Shown in pieces: positions 17,669-28,306 of a DNA stretch of 64,000 nt. This stretch comes from Bacilli bacterium (GTDB lineage Bacteria; Bacillota_I; Bacilli_A; RFN20; CAG-826). Numbering within the stretch: position 1 is the stretch's first letter; each line of letters starts with the position of its first letter. Under the pieces are notes generated by a model. That model ran no database searches and was not told the origin of the DNA. It was given only the letters and a program-made list of their open reading frames with translations. The stretch is from contig JALCDB010000001.1 of NCBI GenBank assembly GCA_022641095.1, forward strand, positions 311,859 to 375,858, written 5' to 3'. The translations under genes were made by a program, and so were the position numbers.

Positions 17669-18387
17669 TCCTTTGAGATGACGGTTCCGATTTTCTCGCC
17701 CATAAGGACTTTGGCGATGTTCTCCGGGTCTTCCATATCGAACACGTTGATTTTGATGTCGCTGTCCTCAAGCAAAGCGACGGCGGTCAGATCCATGACC
17801 CCAAGCTTCCGCTCAATGACCTCGCGGTAAGTGAGCTTCGGCAAAAGTTTGGCGTTCTTGTTCTTTCTCGGGTCATCGTCGTAGACGCCCTCGATGCCGT
17901 TCTTGGCCATGAGAATGGCCTCGGCCCCAATTTCCCGGGCCCGCAAAGTCGCGGTCGTGTCGGTCGTGAAATAGGGGTTGCCGGTGCCGCCGGCGAAGAT
18001 GACGACGCGGTCGTTCTTCAGATGATGGATAGCCTTCCGACGAATATAGGGTTCGCAAACCTGCGGGACGTTGATTGAGCTCATCACGCGGGTGCTGAGG
18101 CCTTTTTCCTCGAAGGCGCTTTGGAGAGCCAAGGCATTTATGATCGTGCCAAGCATCCCCATATAATCGCCGGTCGAACGCTCAATCCCGATCTTTTCGC
18201 TCAATCTGCCACGGTAAATGTTGCCAGCTCCGACGACGACCGCCACATGGACGCCCATGCCTTCGACTTTCTCGACGATGGCCGCCACCGCTTTGAGCTT
18301 TTTGGCGTCGAGGATCGTCTTATCGTTCCCATCGGCGAGGGCTTCGCCGGAGAGTTTGAGGACAATGGTTTGATAGATGGTTTTCAT
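17665..18387 (-). CDS. pyrH: UMP kinase
   Basis: LKLSGEAL, GAGNIYRG, DYMGMLGT, GTGNPYFTTD; start ATG 18387 after AGGAG. Confidence 0.97.
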   Translation of the reverse strand: MKTIYQTIVLKLSGEALADGNDKTILDAKKLKAVAAIVEKVEGMGVHVAVVVGAGNIYRGRLSEKIGIERSTGDYMGMLGTIINALALQSAFEEKGLSTRVMSSINVPQVCEPYIRRKAIHHLKNDRVVIFAGGTGNPYFTTDTTATLRAREIGAEAILMAKNGIEGVYDDDPRKNKNAKLLPKLTYREVIERKLGVMDLTAVALLEDSDIKINVFDMEDPENIAKVLMGEKIGTVISKE

Positions 18388-18439
18388 ACTGTCTCCTATT
18401 ATACGAAAAAACGCGCATGATAGGTGCGCGTTTTCTTTA

Positions 18440-19294
18440 TTAGTTGGCTTGGCTAGGATCTTTGACGATGCCATCGCCCACCTGATAGCGGACGAAGGAG
18501 ACGACGGAATTGCCTTTCCCCTTAAGGAACTCACCGACGGATTCGCTCTCGTCCATGAGATAGGGCTGAAGGGCGAGGCAACTCTGAGAGAGCACCTTGT
18601 CGACCTTGCGCTCAACGATCATGGCCTTGACCTGATCCGGCTTGGCCATAAGTTTCGGATCGTCTTTCACTTCCTGCTCGGCGATGGCCTTTTCGCGGGC
18701 GCGATCAGCGGCAGGGACGTCTTCCAAGTTGACGTAGAGCGGGTTATTGGCGGCGATATGCATGGCGATCGGCTTGGCGATTTCCTCATCGGCTTTCGCG
18801 AAGACGACGACGACGGAGATCTTCCCGCCCATATGGATATAGGAGCCGAAGCCTTCTTCGGGTTTCTTGCTCACGATGGCGAACCGACGGAAGTCGAGTT
18901 TCTCGCCGACGGCCAAGGCCGCGTCTTGGAATTCCTGAGTCGTGATGGCTTTGGCTTCCTCAATCGTCTTGGGCTCTTTCTCGAAGAGCGTGTCGGTGAC
19001 GCTCGCGACCAGGCTCTTGAATTTGTCGCTGGCGCTCACAAAGTCGGTCTCGCAGTTGATTTCGAGGATGACGGCTTTGCCGCACTTCTCGCAGATGGCG
19101 ACGTTGGTAAGGCCTTCGGCGGCCGTGCGGTTGGCGCGCCTGGCTTGCTTGGCGATGCCTTTTTCGCGCAGGTAATCAACGGACTTTTCGATATCCATCC
19201 CGTTGGCTTCGAGAGCCCGTTTGCAATCCATCATGCCAGCTCCGGTTCGTTCGCGGAGGGCTTTTATCAGTTCGATGACGTTCTTGTCGGCCAT
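18440..19294 (-). CDS. tsf: Elongation factor Ts
   Basis: LRERTGAGMMDCKRAL, EINCETDFV. Confidence 0.98.
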   Translation of the reverse strand: MADKNVIELIKALRERTGAGMMDCKRALEANGMDIEKSVDYLREKGIAKQARRANRTAAEGLTNVAICEKCGKAVILEINCETDFVSASDKFKSLVASVTDTLFEKEPKTIEEAKAITTQEFQDAALAVGEKLDFRRFAIVSKKPEEGFGSYIHMGGKISVVVVFAKADEEIAKPIAMHIAANNPLYVNLEDVPAADRAREKAIAEQEVKDDPKLMAKPDQVKAMIVERKVDKVLSQSCLALQPYLMDESESVGEFLKGKGNSVVSFVRYQVGDGIVKDPSQAN

Positions 19295-20364
19295 TAGGCT
19301 TTCTCCTCAACCTTCACAGGGGTTTCTTCTTTGGCTTTTTCCGGGGCGACGGGCGCAGCAGGGGCCGGAGTGGCCCTGCCTTCGTGGGCGGCGTAGCGGG
19401 CGGATCTCTCGGCTTGGATATGCGCATAACGCTCCTCGCGTTCCCTTCGGGCGGCGCGGATGGCGGCTTTGCGCTGCTCGTTGGCGATGTCAGCGACGCG
19501 GATAGCGTCTTTCATGGTGGCTTCTTCGCCTTCGTCTTTGACGTAAGCGAATTCGGTCACTCCGCCTTTGCTTTCGACGACGGCGTCGGCCATGGTGCCT
19601 ATAAGAAGTTTGATGGCGCTCGCGGCGTCATTGTTGCTGGGAAGCGGGAAGTTGACGAAGTCCGGATCGTCGGAAGTGTCGCAGATGGCGAAAACCTTGA
19701 TGCCGAGTTTGTAGGCCTCTTTGATGGCGTTGCGCTCAACGGAAGGGTCAGCCACGACGAGGGCCTGCGGAAGGCGGCGCATCTCTTTGATGCCTTCGAG
19801 GTTGCGGGCGAGTTTGACCTGCTCTTTCTTAAGGATGGCGACTTCTTTCTTCGGAAGTTTGTCGTAGGAGCCGTCGTCGTCCATGGCCTCAAGATCCTTG
19901 AGCCTCTTGATGCGGGTCAGAATAGTACGGAAATTGGTGAGCGTCCCGCCGAGCCAGCGGTTGGCGATGTAGAATGAGCCGCTGCGGGCGGCTTCATCGA
20001 TCACGATTTGCTGAGCTTGGGGCTTAGTGCCGACGAAAAGGACTTTTCCCCCAAGGTCGACGATGCCCTTAAGGGCTTTGTAGGCGGCATTCACGCAGGC
20101 GACCCCTTTGACGAGGTCGAGCAGATAGATGCCGTTGCGGGCCCCGTAGATGAATTTGCCCATCTTCGGGTTCCAGCGACGGGTCTGGTGTCCGAAATGG
20201 GCACCGGATTCGAGCATTTTTTTGATGGTCATGATCGGAGCGTTCGGGTCGCGAACGATATCCGCCATGGTAGGTTCTCCAGCAACCGGGGCGACAGCCG
20301 GGGCGGCTTTTTCGGCGGTCGCGACAGGCGTCGCGCTCGCTTCCACTTTGATTTCGTCACTCAT
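19294..20364 (-). CDS. rpsB: 30S ribosomal protein S2 with N- and C-terminal extensions
   Basis: GAHFGHQTRRWNPKM, RWLGGTLTN, PSNND; start ATG 20364 after GGAGG. Confidence 0.97.
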   Translation of the reverse strand: MSDEIKVEASATPVATAEKAAPAVAPVAGEPTMADIVRDPNAPIMTIKKMLESGAHFGHQTRRWNPKMGKFIYGARNGIYLLDLVKGVACVNAAYKALKGIVDLGGKVLFVGTKPQAQQIVIDEAARSGSFYIANRWLGGTLTNFRTILTRIKRLKDLEAMDDDGSYDKLPKKEVAILKKEQVKLARNLEGIKEMRRLPQALVVADPSVERNAIKEAYKLGIKVFAICDTSDDPDFVNFPLPSNNDAASAIKLLIGTMADAVVESKGGVTEFAYVKDEGEEATMKDAIRVADIANEQRKAAIRAARREREERYAHIQAERSARYAAHEGRATPAPAAPVAPEKAKEETPVKVEEKA

Positions 20365-20553
20365 TTTGGTGACCTCCATTTGTTTGTTCCTCCCCCGTTT
20401 CGAACAGCCGACCACCCAATCGATTTTTAAGCTATTTCGCCCAATTGGGAACACGGCGCTGAATCCGCGGGGTGCGCATATGGCGTTCTTTTTCCATTGG
20501 AAAAGCGCCGAGTGCGATTATATCATCCGCCTGCGCGTATAGGAAGCGAAAAC

Positions 20554-21468
20554 CTACTTCTTGGCCGCTTCCCGCTTCGGAAAATGCTCTTTGTACTGCT
20601 TCCTCATCGCCTTTTGGCTCACATGGGTGTAAATCTGCGTCGTGTTGAGACTTTCGTGGCCCAAAAGCTCCTGAATGAGGCGAAGGTCAGCCCCGCCTTC
20701 CAGAAGATGGGTGGCGAAAGTGTGCCGAAGCTCGTGAGGATGAAGCCCAAGGTAGATCCCGGTTTTGCTTTGGATGGCGAGAAGGATGTACTCGAGGTCG
20801 CGATCGCTCATCTCGTTGCCGCGGTTGGTGAGGAAAAAGGCGTCGGGATCCCCGCCGCCCTTATGGCGGGAAAGCAAAAGCCCGCGAGACTCCTTGTAGT
20901 ATTCCTTCATGGCTTTTTCGGCGGTGACCCCAAACGGGACCAACCGCTCCTTCTTGCCTTTGCCATAGACGCGGATCATCCGGTTCCCATAGTCGATCTG
21001 GCTCTTGGTGAGGGCGCAAAGCTCACTGGCGCGCATCCCCGAGGCGTAAAGCAATTCCAAAATGGCTTGGTCGCGAAGCCTCAATTCGTCGGTTCGTTTC
21101 GCGTTGGCGGAAAAAAACGCGTTGACCTGCTCGATCGTGAGGGCCTTGGGATAACGGACTGGCTTCTTCGGGGAGCCGACGAAACGGAAAGGGTTTTCCA
21201 TCACGTAGCCGCGTTCCTTCGCATAGTCGAAAAAGCCCCGCAAAGCCGACATCCTTCTTTGGCAACTGCGTTTGCCGATCCCGGCGTCGAGTTCCTCGCC
21301 AAGCCAGTCGCGGATATCGTCTTTGCTCACGCGATCGAGCAGAATCTCATTCCTCATGAGGTAATCGCAAAACTTGTCGATGTCGCGACGATAGCTGTCG
21401 ATCGTCCGCCCACTATATTGGCGATCGATCCGCAAATGCTCAAGGAATTCGGCCTCCGGCTTATTCAT
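20554..21468 (-). CDS. xerC: Tyrosine recombinase XerC/CodV
   Basis: GMRASE, GKGKKERLVP, HELRHTFATH, LLGH, TTQIY; dprA-topA-trmFO-xer synteny. Confidence 0.9.
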   Translation of the reverse strand: MNKPEAEFLEHLRIDRQYSGRTIDSYRRDIDKFCDYLMRNEILLDRVSKDDIRDWLGEELDAGIGKRSCQRRMSALRGFFDYAKERGYVMENPFRFVGSPKKPVRYPKALTIEQVNAFFSANAKRTDELRLRDQAILELLYASGMRASELCALTKSQIDYGNRMIRVYGKGKKERLVPFGVTAEKAMKEYYKESRGLLLSRHKGGGDPDAFFLTNRGNEMSDRDLEYILLAIQSKTGIYLGLHPHELRHTFATHLLEGGADLRLIQELLGHESLNTTQIYTHVSQKAMRKQYKEHFPKREAAKK

Positions 21469-22753
21469 TGACGCTCACCCAATAGGATTCTATCGCTTTT
21501 AGGCTCCTTACGATAGTTTCCTCCCGAGCGGAGGGAGAGCTGGAGGGCAGAAGGGCCCAATTGGCGTTCATGGGCTGAAAATAGGCGACGGTCGCGTGAA
21601 GCACGTAATCGAGAAGGGCGCCGACGACGGTTCCCCGCGGCAAGGCGATGAACCCTTTGTCCGCTTCCCGACGGTAGAGATTGACGGCCGCGACGATCCC
21701 AAGGGCGGCGCTCTCGACATAGCCTTCCACCCCCGACAGTTGCCCGGCCACATAGACGTCAGGGAGCCTTTTGAGCGAAAGGTCGTCGTTAAGGCTGCCG
21801 GGTGAATCGATATAGCTGTTCCGATGCATGAGCCCATAACGGAGAAACTTCGCTTTCTCAAGTCCTGGGATCAACGAAAACACCCGTTTTTGCTCCGGAT
21901 AGGTAAGATTGGTCTGAAAGCCGACGAGGTTATAGTAATCGCCAAGCTTGGTGTCTTGGCGAAGCTGGGCCACCGCATAAGGATGGGGATGCTCGGGGGT
22001 ATAGAGGCCAAATGGCTTGAGCGGCCCGTGGCGAAGCGTCTCAGGCCCGCGGGAAGCCATGACCTCGATCGGGAGGCACCCCTCAAAATAATGGGTGTCG
22101 AAATCGTGGGTCAGGGCTTTCTTGGCCCCCACCAGTTCCTTGACGAAGAGATCGTATTCCCCTTTCGTGAAAGGGCAATTGAGATAGGCATCGTCGCCTT
22201 GCTCAAAACGGCTCTTGGCATAGACTTTCGAAAAATCGAGGCCATTTTTTTCGACGATCGGGGCGGAGGCGTCGAAGAAAGAAAGGTTCTTTTTTCCGAC
22301 GGTCGCGCCCAAGGCCTCGAGCAGCGGGCCGCTCGTAAGCGGGCCCGTGGCGATGATCGTCGGGCCTTCCGGAATCGCCAAGACATCCTCCCGAATAAGT
22401 TTGAAACAAGGAAAAGACAAGAGGCGATCGGTTATTTCCTTGGAGAAGACGTCCCGGTCCACCGTAAGGGCGTCTCCGCCTGGGACGGCGGCTTTCGCGG
22501 CGGCTTCCATCGTCAACGAACCCATCTTCCGCATCTCTTCCTTAAGAAGCCCGCAGGCATTGTCGAGCCGTTTGCTCTTAAGGGAATTCGAGCATACCAG
22601 TTCGCCGAGATTTGGGTTGACGTGGGCCCCGTCTTCCACGAGCGGCTTCCGTTCGTAAAGGGTGACCGCGAGCCCTTTCTTTAAGAGAAAAAAGGCGGCT
22701 TCGCTGCCTGCGAGTCCGCCTCCGACGATCGTGACGCGAGAAGAAGGGCTCAC
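21461..22753 (-). CDS. trmFO: tRNA (uracil-54-C5) methyltransferase, FAD/folate-dependent
   Basis: GGGLAGSEAA, ELVCSNSL, GFQT, MHRNSY, GQLSGVEGY; likely GTG start overlapping the topA stop. Confidence 0.96.
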   Translation of the reverse strand: MSPSSRVTIVGGGLAGSEAAFFLLKKGLAVTLYERKPLVEDGAHVNPNLGELVCSNSLKSKRLDNACGLLKEEMRKMGSLTMEAAAKAAVPGGDALTVDRDVFSKEITDRLLSFPCFKLIREDVLAIPEGPTIIATGPLTSGPLLEALGATVGKKNLSFFDASAPIVEKNGLDFSKVYAKSRFEQGDDAYLNCPFTKGEYDLFVKELVGAKKALTHDFDTHYFEGCLPIEVMASRGPETLRHGPLKPFGLYTPEHPHPYAVAQLRQDTKLGDYYNLVGFQTNLTYPEQKRVFSLIPGLEKAKFLRYGLMHRNSYIDSPGSLNDDLSLKRLPDVYVAGQLSGVEGYVESAALGIVAAVNLYRREADKGFIALPRGTVVGALLDYVLHATVAYFQPMNANWALLPSSSPSAREETIVRSLKAIESYWVSVNE

Positions 22754-24870
22754 TTCTTGCCTTTCTTCGTGAGCCACTCATGGTAGTGGCATTTCGGGTA
22801 GTTGGTGCACCCAAGGAAATCGACCTTGCGCCCATGTTTGAGGACCAAGTGGCCATCATGGCACGATGGGCAGGGTTTCACCCAATCCTTCTCCGTGTAT
22901 TTGGGAGTTTTGGCCTGATGGTCTTCGGCCCCCTTGATGTAGTTGCATTTGGGGTAACCCGAACAGCCGACGAAAGTCCGTCCGCGCCTATCTTTGCGTT
23001 CGACCAAAGGGCGTCCGCAGACGGGGCACATCTCACCCGTTTCCTTAGCCGGGGCTTTGGGCTTCTTTTGGATGTAGTCGCATTTGGGGTAATTGCTGCA
23101 GGCGACGAAACTGCCGTAACGGCTCTTTTTTATCACGAGCGGCGAACCGCATTTAGGGCATAGTTCGCCCGTCTCTTGGGCCGGGTCCTTGTACATCTTC
23201 TCGGCCACTTCGGTGAATTTGCTCATGAAAGGCCCGTAGAAATCGTTCATCGCGTCGATCTGACGCTCCTTGCCATCCTCGATTTCATCGAGTTTTTTCT
23301 CCATGTTCGCGGTGTATTCGGCGTTCACGAGTTCCGGAAAGTACTTCTTAAGGACGAGGGTGGTTCGCGTTCCGCTCTCGGTCGGAGTCAAAACGCCGCC
23401 TTTGCTCGTGACGTACCCGCGGGTGAGAAGCGTCTTGATGGTCGAAGCGTAGGTCGAAGGACGGCCGACTCCCTTCTCCTCCATGAGCTTGACCACTTTG
23501 GCTTCGGTGAAACGGGCCGGAGCCTTGGTGAACTTCTGCTCCGGAAGGAGTTTTCCGATGCCATAAACCGCCTGTTCTTCCAAAGGCGGAAGAAGTTTGG
23601 TGTCGTCATCTTCGAAATCCCCGTAAATCGCTTCGTATCCTTTGAAAACCATTTGGACGCCAGTGGCTTTGAAGGTTAGCCCGTTCGTCGAGAAAAGGGC
23701 GACGGTATCACGCTCGATCTTGTCGCTCATGAGGGAAGCCATCGCGCGATCGTAAATCAGGCGATAGAGCTTCGCGGCGTCGGGGGTGAGGTAACGGGCG
23801 ACCATTTTCGGAGTCCGGTGGGTTCCGGTCGGGCGGATAGCTTCGTGGGCATCCTGAGCCGAGGCGGCGTTCTTGGCGCTCTTGACGCGACCAAGGTATT
23901 CGGGTCCGAAATTGTCGAGGATGAAGGGCTTGGCGTGCTTCATGAAGAAATCGGCGCTCAACCGGGTGCTGTCGGTGCGCATGTAGGTGATAAGGCCGAC
24001 GTGCTCGCCTTCCACTTCCATGCCTTCGTAAAGGGTCTGGGCGATGCTTTGGGTGCGCGAAGTCGAGAACTTAAAGCGGTTATAGGCCTCCTGCTGCATG
24101 GTGCTGGTCGTGAACGGGAGTTTTGAGGAGACGTGCCTCTCGACGGATTTCACGGATGCGAGCTTCATGTCTTTCCCGATGCGAGCCACCACGGCGTCGG
24201 CCTCCGCTTTGCTATGTATGGAAATGGTTTTCCCATCGATTTTGTCGAGAGAAACCTTAAGTTCCTTGTCGCCGACGACGAGTTCGGCGTCGATGGTCCA
24301 ATACTCCTCGGGCTTGAACGCTTTGATTTCCTCGTCGTTGTCGCAGATCATCCGCAAAGTGACGGATTGCACGCGCCCGGCGCTTTTGGAACCCATCTTC
24401 CTTTGGAGCAAACTCGAAAGCTTGAAACCGATTATCCGATCGTACATCCGGCGGGTCTCTTGCGAGTTCACGAGGTTCATGTCGATGCGTTTGGGGTTTT
24501 CGAGGGCCTCTTCGATCGCCGGCTTCGTGATTTCGTGGAACTGCCATCGTTTCGTGGTGGCCACATCAAGCCCAAGGACCTGGGCCAAATGCCAGGAAAT
24601 GGCTTCCCCTTCGCGGTCAGGGTCGGTCGCGAGGATGACTTCATCGGCCTTTTTGGCGGCACTGGTGAGTTCGCGAACGATGGGACGCTTCGTCGAAGTG
24701 ATCACGAAATCCGGCTTAAAGCCGTTCTTCACGTCGATGCCTAAGCCGCCAGGGCCTTTTGTCGAAAGGTCGCGAATATGGCCTTGGCTGGCCATGACCT
24801 TATAATCGGACCCCAAATAACGGCCGATGGTGTCGCACTTATGCGGAGACTCAACGATGACTAATTTCAT
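22750..24870 (-). CDS. topA: DNA topoisomerase I
   Basis: IVESP, ATDPDREGE, SAGRVQS, ITYMRTDS, three C-terminal Zn ribbons. Confidence 0.98.
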   Translation of the reverse strand: MKLVIVESPHKCDTIGRYLGSDYKVMASQGHIRDLSTKGPGGLGIDVKNGFKPDFVITSTKRPIVRELTSAAKKADEVILATDPDREGEAISWHLAQVLGLDVATTKRWQFHEITKPAIEEALENPKRIDMNLVNSQETRRMYDRIIGFKLSSLLQRKMGSKSAGRVQSVTLRMICDNDEEIKAFKPEEYWTIDAELVVGDKELKVSLDKIDGKTISIHSKAEADAVVARIGKDMKLASVKSVERHVSSKLPFTTSTMQQEAYNRFKFSTSRTQSIAQTLYEGMEVEGEHVGLITYMRTDSTRLSADFFMKHAKPFILDNFGPEYLGRVKSAKNAASAQDAHEAIRPTGTHRTPKMVARYLTPDAAKLYRLIYDRAMASLMSDKIERDTVALFSTNGLTFKATGVQMVFKGYEAIYGDFEDDDTKLLPPLEEQAVYGIGKLLPEQKFTKAPARFTEAKVVKLMEEKGVGRPSTYASTIKTLLTRGYVTSKGGVLTPTESGTRTTLVLKKYFPELVNAEYTANMEKKLDEIEDGKERQIDAMNDFYGPFMSKFTEVAEKMYKDPAQETGELCPKCGSPLVIKKSRYGSFVACSNYPKCDYIQKKPKAPAKETGEMCPVCGRPLVERKDRRGRTFVGCSGYPKCNYIKGAEDHQAKTPKYTEKDWVKPCPSCHDGHLVLKHGRKVDFLGCTNYPKCHYHEWLTKKGKK

Positions 24871-24995
24871 GATTTTCCCTTTTTCCGGCCCTCAATATAA
24901 AGAGGAAAGGGAGCCTTGTCAAATGAATGGCCGCCTCTTTTCCTAATATATAAATAAAGATTATTTATAGGTTCGCGAAAAGTTTTTTCCGGGCG

Positions 24996-25793
24996 TCATT
25001 TCGGCGTCTCGCTTTTCCTAGGACGCCCGATCATGTCAAGCAGGTCGTCTCGGTTCTCTATCATGAAAGCCCCGTCCTTGATGAGGGCGTTGCAGGCGCT
25101 TTCCTCGTCAGCCCGGTAAGGCACGCAACCGACTTCCTTGTTCCCGCCGAGGGCGTAACTGACGGTTATGAGGGTGCCGCTATGCGGCGAAGCCTCGCCC
25201 ACCACGATGCCATGGCAAAGGGCCGCGATAATGCGGTTGCGCGCCGGGAAGTTATCGCGCTTAGGCGGAAGGGATCCAGGATACTCGCTCATGACGAGGC
25301 CTGAGCTTATAAGGCGCTTATATAAGCCGAGGCTGCTCGAAGGATAAGGGCAGTCAATGCCGCTCCCGAGCACCGCCACCGCCTTTCCTCCATAATCCAG
25401 AGCCGCCTTCGTGGCCGCCGCGTCGATGCCCCGAGCAAGACCCGTCACGACGCTCAAGCCTTCCTTGACGGCCGCCAAAGAGAGACGCTCCGCCATTTTG
25501 AGCCCATAAGGTGAAGCGTCGCGGCTCCCGATGTAGGCCAGGCAGGAACTCTCCTCATTAAGGGTTTTGAGGTCCCCATAGTAATAAAGGACGAGCGGCG
25601 GACGGAACGATTGCTTCAAACCCTCGGGGTAAAGGGGGTCGACGATCGTGAGGGTTTTGCTTTTGACCGTCGCCTCCTTTTCCTCCACAAGAGCCTCCGT
25701 CACCGGCTCCCTTTTCCTTATCGCCTCCATGGTATGGGGCCAATCCCCCTCGTACTTGACCGATAGGGCGATCAAAATGTCTCGAGCGTGCAT
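24996..25793 (-). CDS. dprA: DNA-processing protein DprA/Smf
   Basis: IGSR, GLARGID, SEYP, FPARNRII, SGTLIT. Confidence 0.95.
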   Translation of the reverse strand: MHARDILIALSVKYEGDWPHTMEAIRKREPVTEALVEEKEATVKSKTLTIVDPLYPEGLKQSFRPPLVLYYYGDLKTLNEESSCLAYIGSRDASPYGLKMAERLSLAAVKEGLSVVTGLARGIDAAATKAALDYGGKAVAVLGSGIDCPYPSSSLGLYKRLISSGLVMSEYPGSLPPKRDNFPARNRIIAALCHGIVVGEASPHSGTLITVSYALGGNKEVGCVPYRADEESACNALIKDGAFMIENRDDLLDMIGRPRKSETPK

Positions 25794-25844
25794 ATAAGCA
25801 AAAACCTCCCGCTCTTAAGTAGGAGGAAAAAGGCGGATTCGTAC

Positions 25845-26465
25845 CTAAAGCGTTTTCGTTTGCCCCTTATAATAGGCGGCTACGGGACCGAAAGTCTTCC
25901 GATGAACGCCCTCGATCGGCCCGTATTTGGCCAAAGCCGCCAAATGCTCCTTGGTCCCGTACCCTTTATGGCGAGCGAACCCATATTGCGGGTATTTCCC
26001 GTCCAAATCCTCAAGATAACGATCCCGGCTCACTTTGGCGAGGATTGAAGCTGCGGCGACATTGAGGCATTGCGCGTCGCCTTTCACCATCGCGACGACG
26101 GGAACCTTCAGGTTCTTAAGGGGCATCGCGTCGGTGATGACGAGATCGTATCGGACTCTGATTTGGGAGAGGGCCGCTTTCATCGCCACCTTGGTGGCTT
26201 CGTAAATGTCGATCTCGTCGATTTTCTCAGCCGAGACGGATGCGATCCCGTATCCCAAGGCTTTCTCCTCGATGAGGGAAAAAAGCCGCTCGCGCTTCTT
26301 GGGGCTCAGTCTCTTCGAGTCGTTGATCTCATCGTTTTTGAAAGAGGGCGGAAAGACGACCGCCGCCGCATAGACCGGGCCCGCCAAAGGGCCGCGCCCG
26401 GCTTCGTCGATCCCAACGATCAGTTTGACCGACGGGCTATAGAATTCCCGTTCCTTTTTGAGCAT
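25845..26465 (-). CDS. rnhB: Ribonuclease HII
   Basis: GIDEAGRGPLAGPV, DSK, KGD, AASILAKV, HKGYGT. Confidence 0.97.
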   Translation of the reverse strand: MLKKEREFYSPSVKLIVGIDEAGRGPLAGPVYAAAVVFPPSFKNDEINDSKRLSPKKRERLFSLIEEKALGYGIASVSAEKIDEIDIYEATKVAMKAALSQIRVRYDLVITDAMPLKNLKVPVVAMVKGDAQCLNVAAASILAKVSRDRYLEDLDGKYPQYGFARHKGYGTKEHLAALAKYGPIEGVHRKTFGPVAAYYKGQTKTL

Positions 26466-27323
26466 TCAGGGCCTTTCGAGGCAAAGGCGGCCGAGCTCGC
26501 CGCCTTGGAAATCCTTGATGAGGGCCAAAGCGGCCTTGGACTCGTCGGGCGCCCCCCCGTTAAGCAAGAAACCTCGCTTGACGGCGATCGCGGAAAGAAT
26601 CTCATCGCCGTTGAGGGAGGAAATGTCCGCCAAGCCGTAACGAAGACCCAAACAACGCGGATACTCCGCTTTGAGGTAGGAAAGCAAAGCCACGGCCAAA
26701 TCGTCATTGGGCAAAACCTCTTCTTTGATGGAGCCTAGAAGCGCCAAGCGAACCGCCTGGGAACCATCGGGGTAGTTCATCGGCAGGATCCCCGGGGTAT
26801 CGAGAAGAAGAAGGCTTTCGCCGATTTTGATCCATTGCTCGGCGCGGGTTACCCCCGGACGGTTGGCGACCTTAGCGAGCTTATGGCCCGCCAAAGAGTT
26901 GATGAGGGTGCTCTTACCGACGTTGGGGATCCCCATGACAAGAAGTCGGGCGGGTTGCCTTTTCATGCCAAGGCGGGCCTCTTTGGCCCTTTTGGCGGCA
27001 AGTTGCGGACCAAGGAGGGCCTCGATGTTCCGGAAACGTTCCTTTTTCAAGTCACCAAGAAGAACGCAAAGGCCCTCTTTGTCCAAAAAACGGCGTTTCC
27101 ATTGCGCGGCGATGGCGGGGTCGGCTTTGTCGAGTTTACTGAGCAGCAAAACGTGGGGTTTGGCCCCGATGATACCCTTCAAGGCCGGGTTCCTCGTCGA
27201 AAGAGGGGCCCGCGCGTCCGCGATTTCGATCACGAGATCGCAGAGTCTGACGAGTTTCGTGAGGCTATCCTGAGCCTTCTTCATATGCCCTGGATAATAA
27301 TGGACGTTCTTCAGTTGGGCCAT
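26466..27323 (-). CDS. rbgA: Ribosome biogenesis GTPase RbgA/YlqF
   Basis: YPGHM, DARAP, GIPNVGKS, PGVT, DTPG; start ATG 27323. Confidence 0.96.
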   Translation of the reverse strand: MAQLKNVHYYPGHMKKAQDSLTKLVRLCDLVIEIADARAPLSTRNPALKGIIGAKPHVLLLSKLDKADPAIAAQWKRRFLDKEGLCVLLGDLKKERFRNIEALLGPQLAAKRAKEARLGMKRQPARLLVMGIPNVGKSTLINSLAGHKLAKVANRPGVTRAEQWIKIGESLLLLDTPGILPMNYPDGSQAVRLALLGSIKEEVLPNDDLAVALLSYLKAEYPRCLGLRYGLADISSLNGDEILSAIAVKRGFLLNGGAPDESKAALALIKDFQGGELGRLCLERP

Positions 27324-28306
27324 AACCGCCTCCGGGAATGGCGAAAAAGCGAGGGATCGCCGGTTGCCCCGCCGATGCTTACGGTCGCTCCGGCCTCGCC
27401 GTCGGGTCCAAGGTATTGGATGGCCCAAGGCATCGCGGCGCTGCCAAAAACCCAGGTGTTCTTGACGGCCTCGCCGCCTTTCATGACGACTCTTCGCTTG
27501 GCGGTGATGGCAATCGCTTTGGCGACGATGAGGTCGCGACCCGAGGGCAGCGAGGGGTCGCTGCGGCGGCCGATCCCAAGCGGCCCGTATTTGCGGCTGT
27601 CGTCGCTCTTGCCGATGCGGCGATTGTCGCCGACGAGGAAGTATTCGTCGTCCAGCAGAGTGACGGGGTCGGATTCGGAGCCGTAGAAAGAGCCCCTGAG
27701 GGCCGAGACGGCCTCGGCTGAGGCCGTCAAACCGATAGTCGGTTCGCCGGCGGAGTTCTCGTCGTTAACGATAGCCGCGGGCTGCGGAACTTCCTTGTAA
27801 TCGCTCGCGCCGGCTTCTTTGACGAACAGAGTCCCGTTCACGGAAAAATAGACGCTTTCGCCCGGCAAGGCGATAAGACGCTTGATGACCGCTTTGCCGG
27901 TGAATCCGCCAATCGAGGGATCGTAGTCATCGTCATAATGGGCCACCACCACGTCGAAACGTTCCAGTTTATCCTGAAACCCATCCGAGGAGTCGCTTAA
28001 TCCATAGTCGCAGACGTAAGTGCCGTCCGCATCGAAGTTACCCCATGTGCCATCGTTGATTTCGCCTTCGCGAAACGAGCACGTGGCGTCTTTATTGAGG
28101 GTGGGGTACATCGAGTCCCCGCTCACATAAAAATTGTCGTAACGGGTGTAGTCGTAGATGATTTGGCTTGAGACCCCGATGACGAGAACGAAAACGGTGA
28201 TCCATAGTAAACGGAAAAGAATCCCCCAAACCGAACGGGCCTTGCTGGGTTTCTTTTTCGGCGAAGGCAACTCGCTTTCGGTTTTGATGGTATCTAAATT
28301 AGCCAT
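27311..28306 (-). CDS. lepB: Signal peptidase I
   Basis: TM helix, VSGDSMYPT (Ser), IKRLIALPG (Lys), GDNR..SDDSR.YG. Confidence 0.92.
   Translation of the reverse strand: MANLDTIKTESELPSPKKKPSKARSVWGILFRLLWITVFVLVIGVSSQIIYDYTRYDNFYVSGDSMYPTLNKDATCSFREGEINDGTWGNFDADGTYVCDYGLSDSSDGFQDKLERFDVVVAHYDDDYDPSIGGFTGKAVIKRLIALPGESVYFSVNGTLFVKEAGASDYKEVPQPAAIVNDENSAGEPTIGLTASAEAVSALRGSFYGSESDPVTLLDDEYFLVGDNRRIGKSDDSRKYGPLGIGRRSDPSLPSGRDLIVAKAIAITAKRRVVMKGGEAVKNTWVFGSAAMPWAIQYLGPDGEAGATVSIGGATGDPSLFRHSRRRLWPN

Noticed and set aside
20554-21468. Second tyrosine recombinase as a mobile-element integrase
   Set aside because: Xer-type sequence in the conserved dprA-topA-trmFO-xer context
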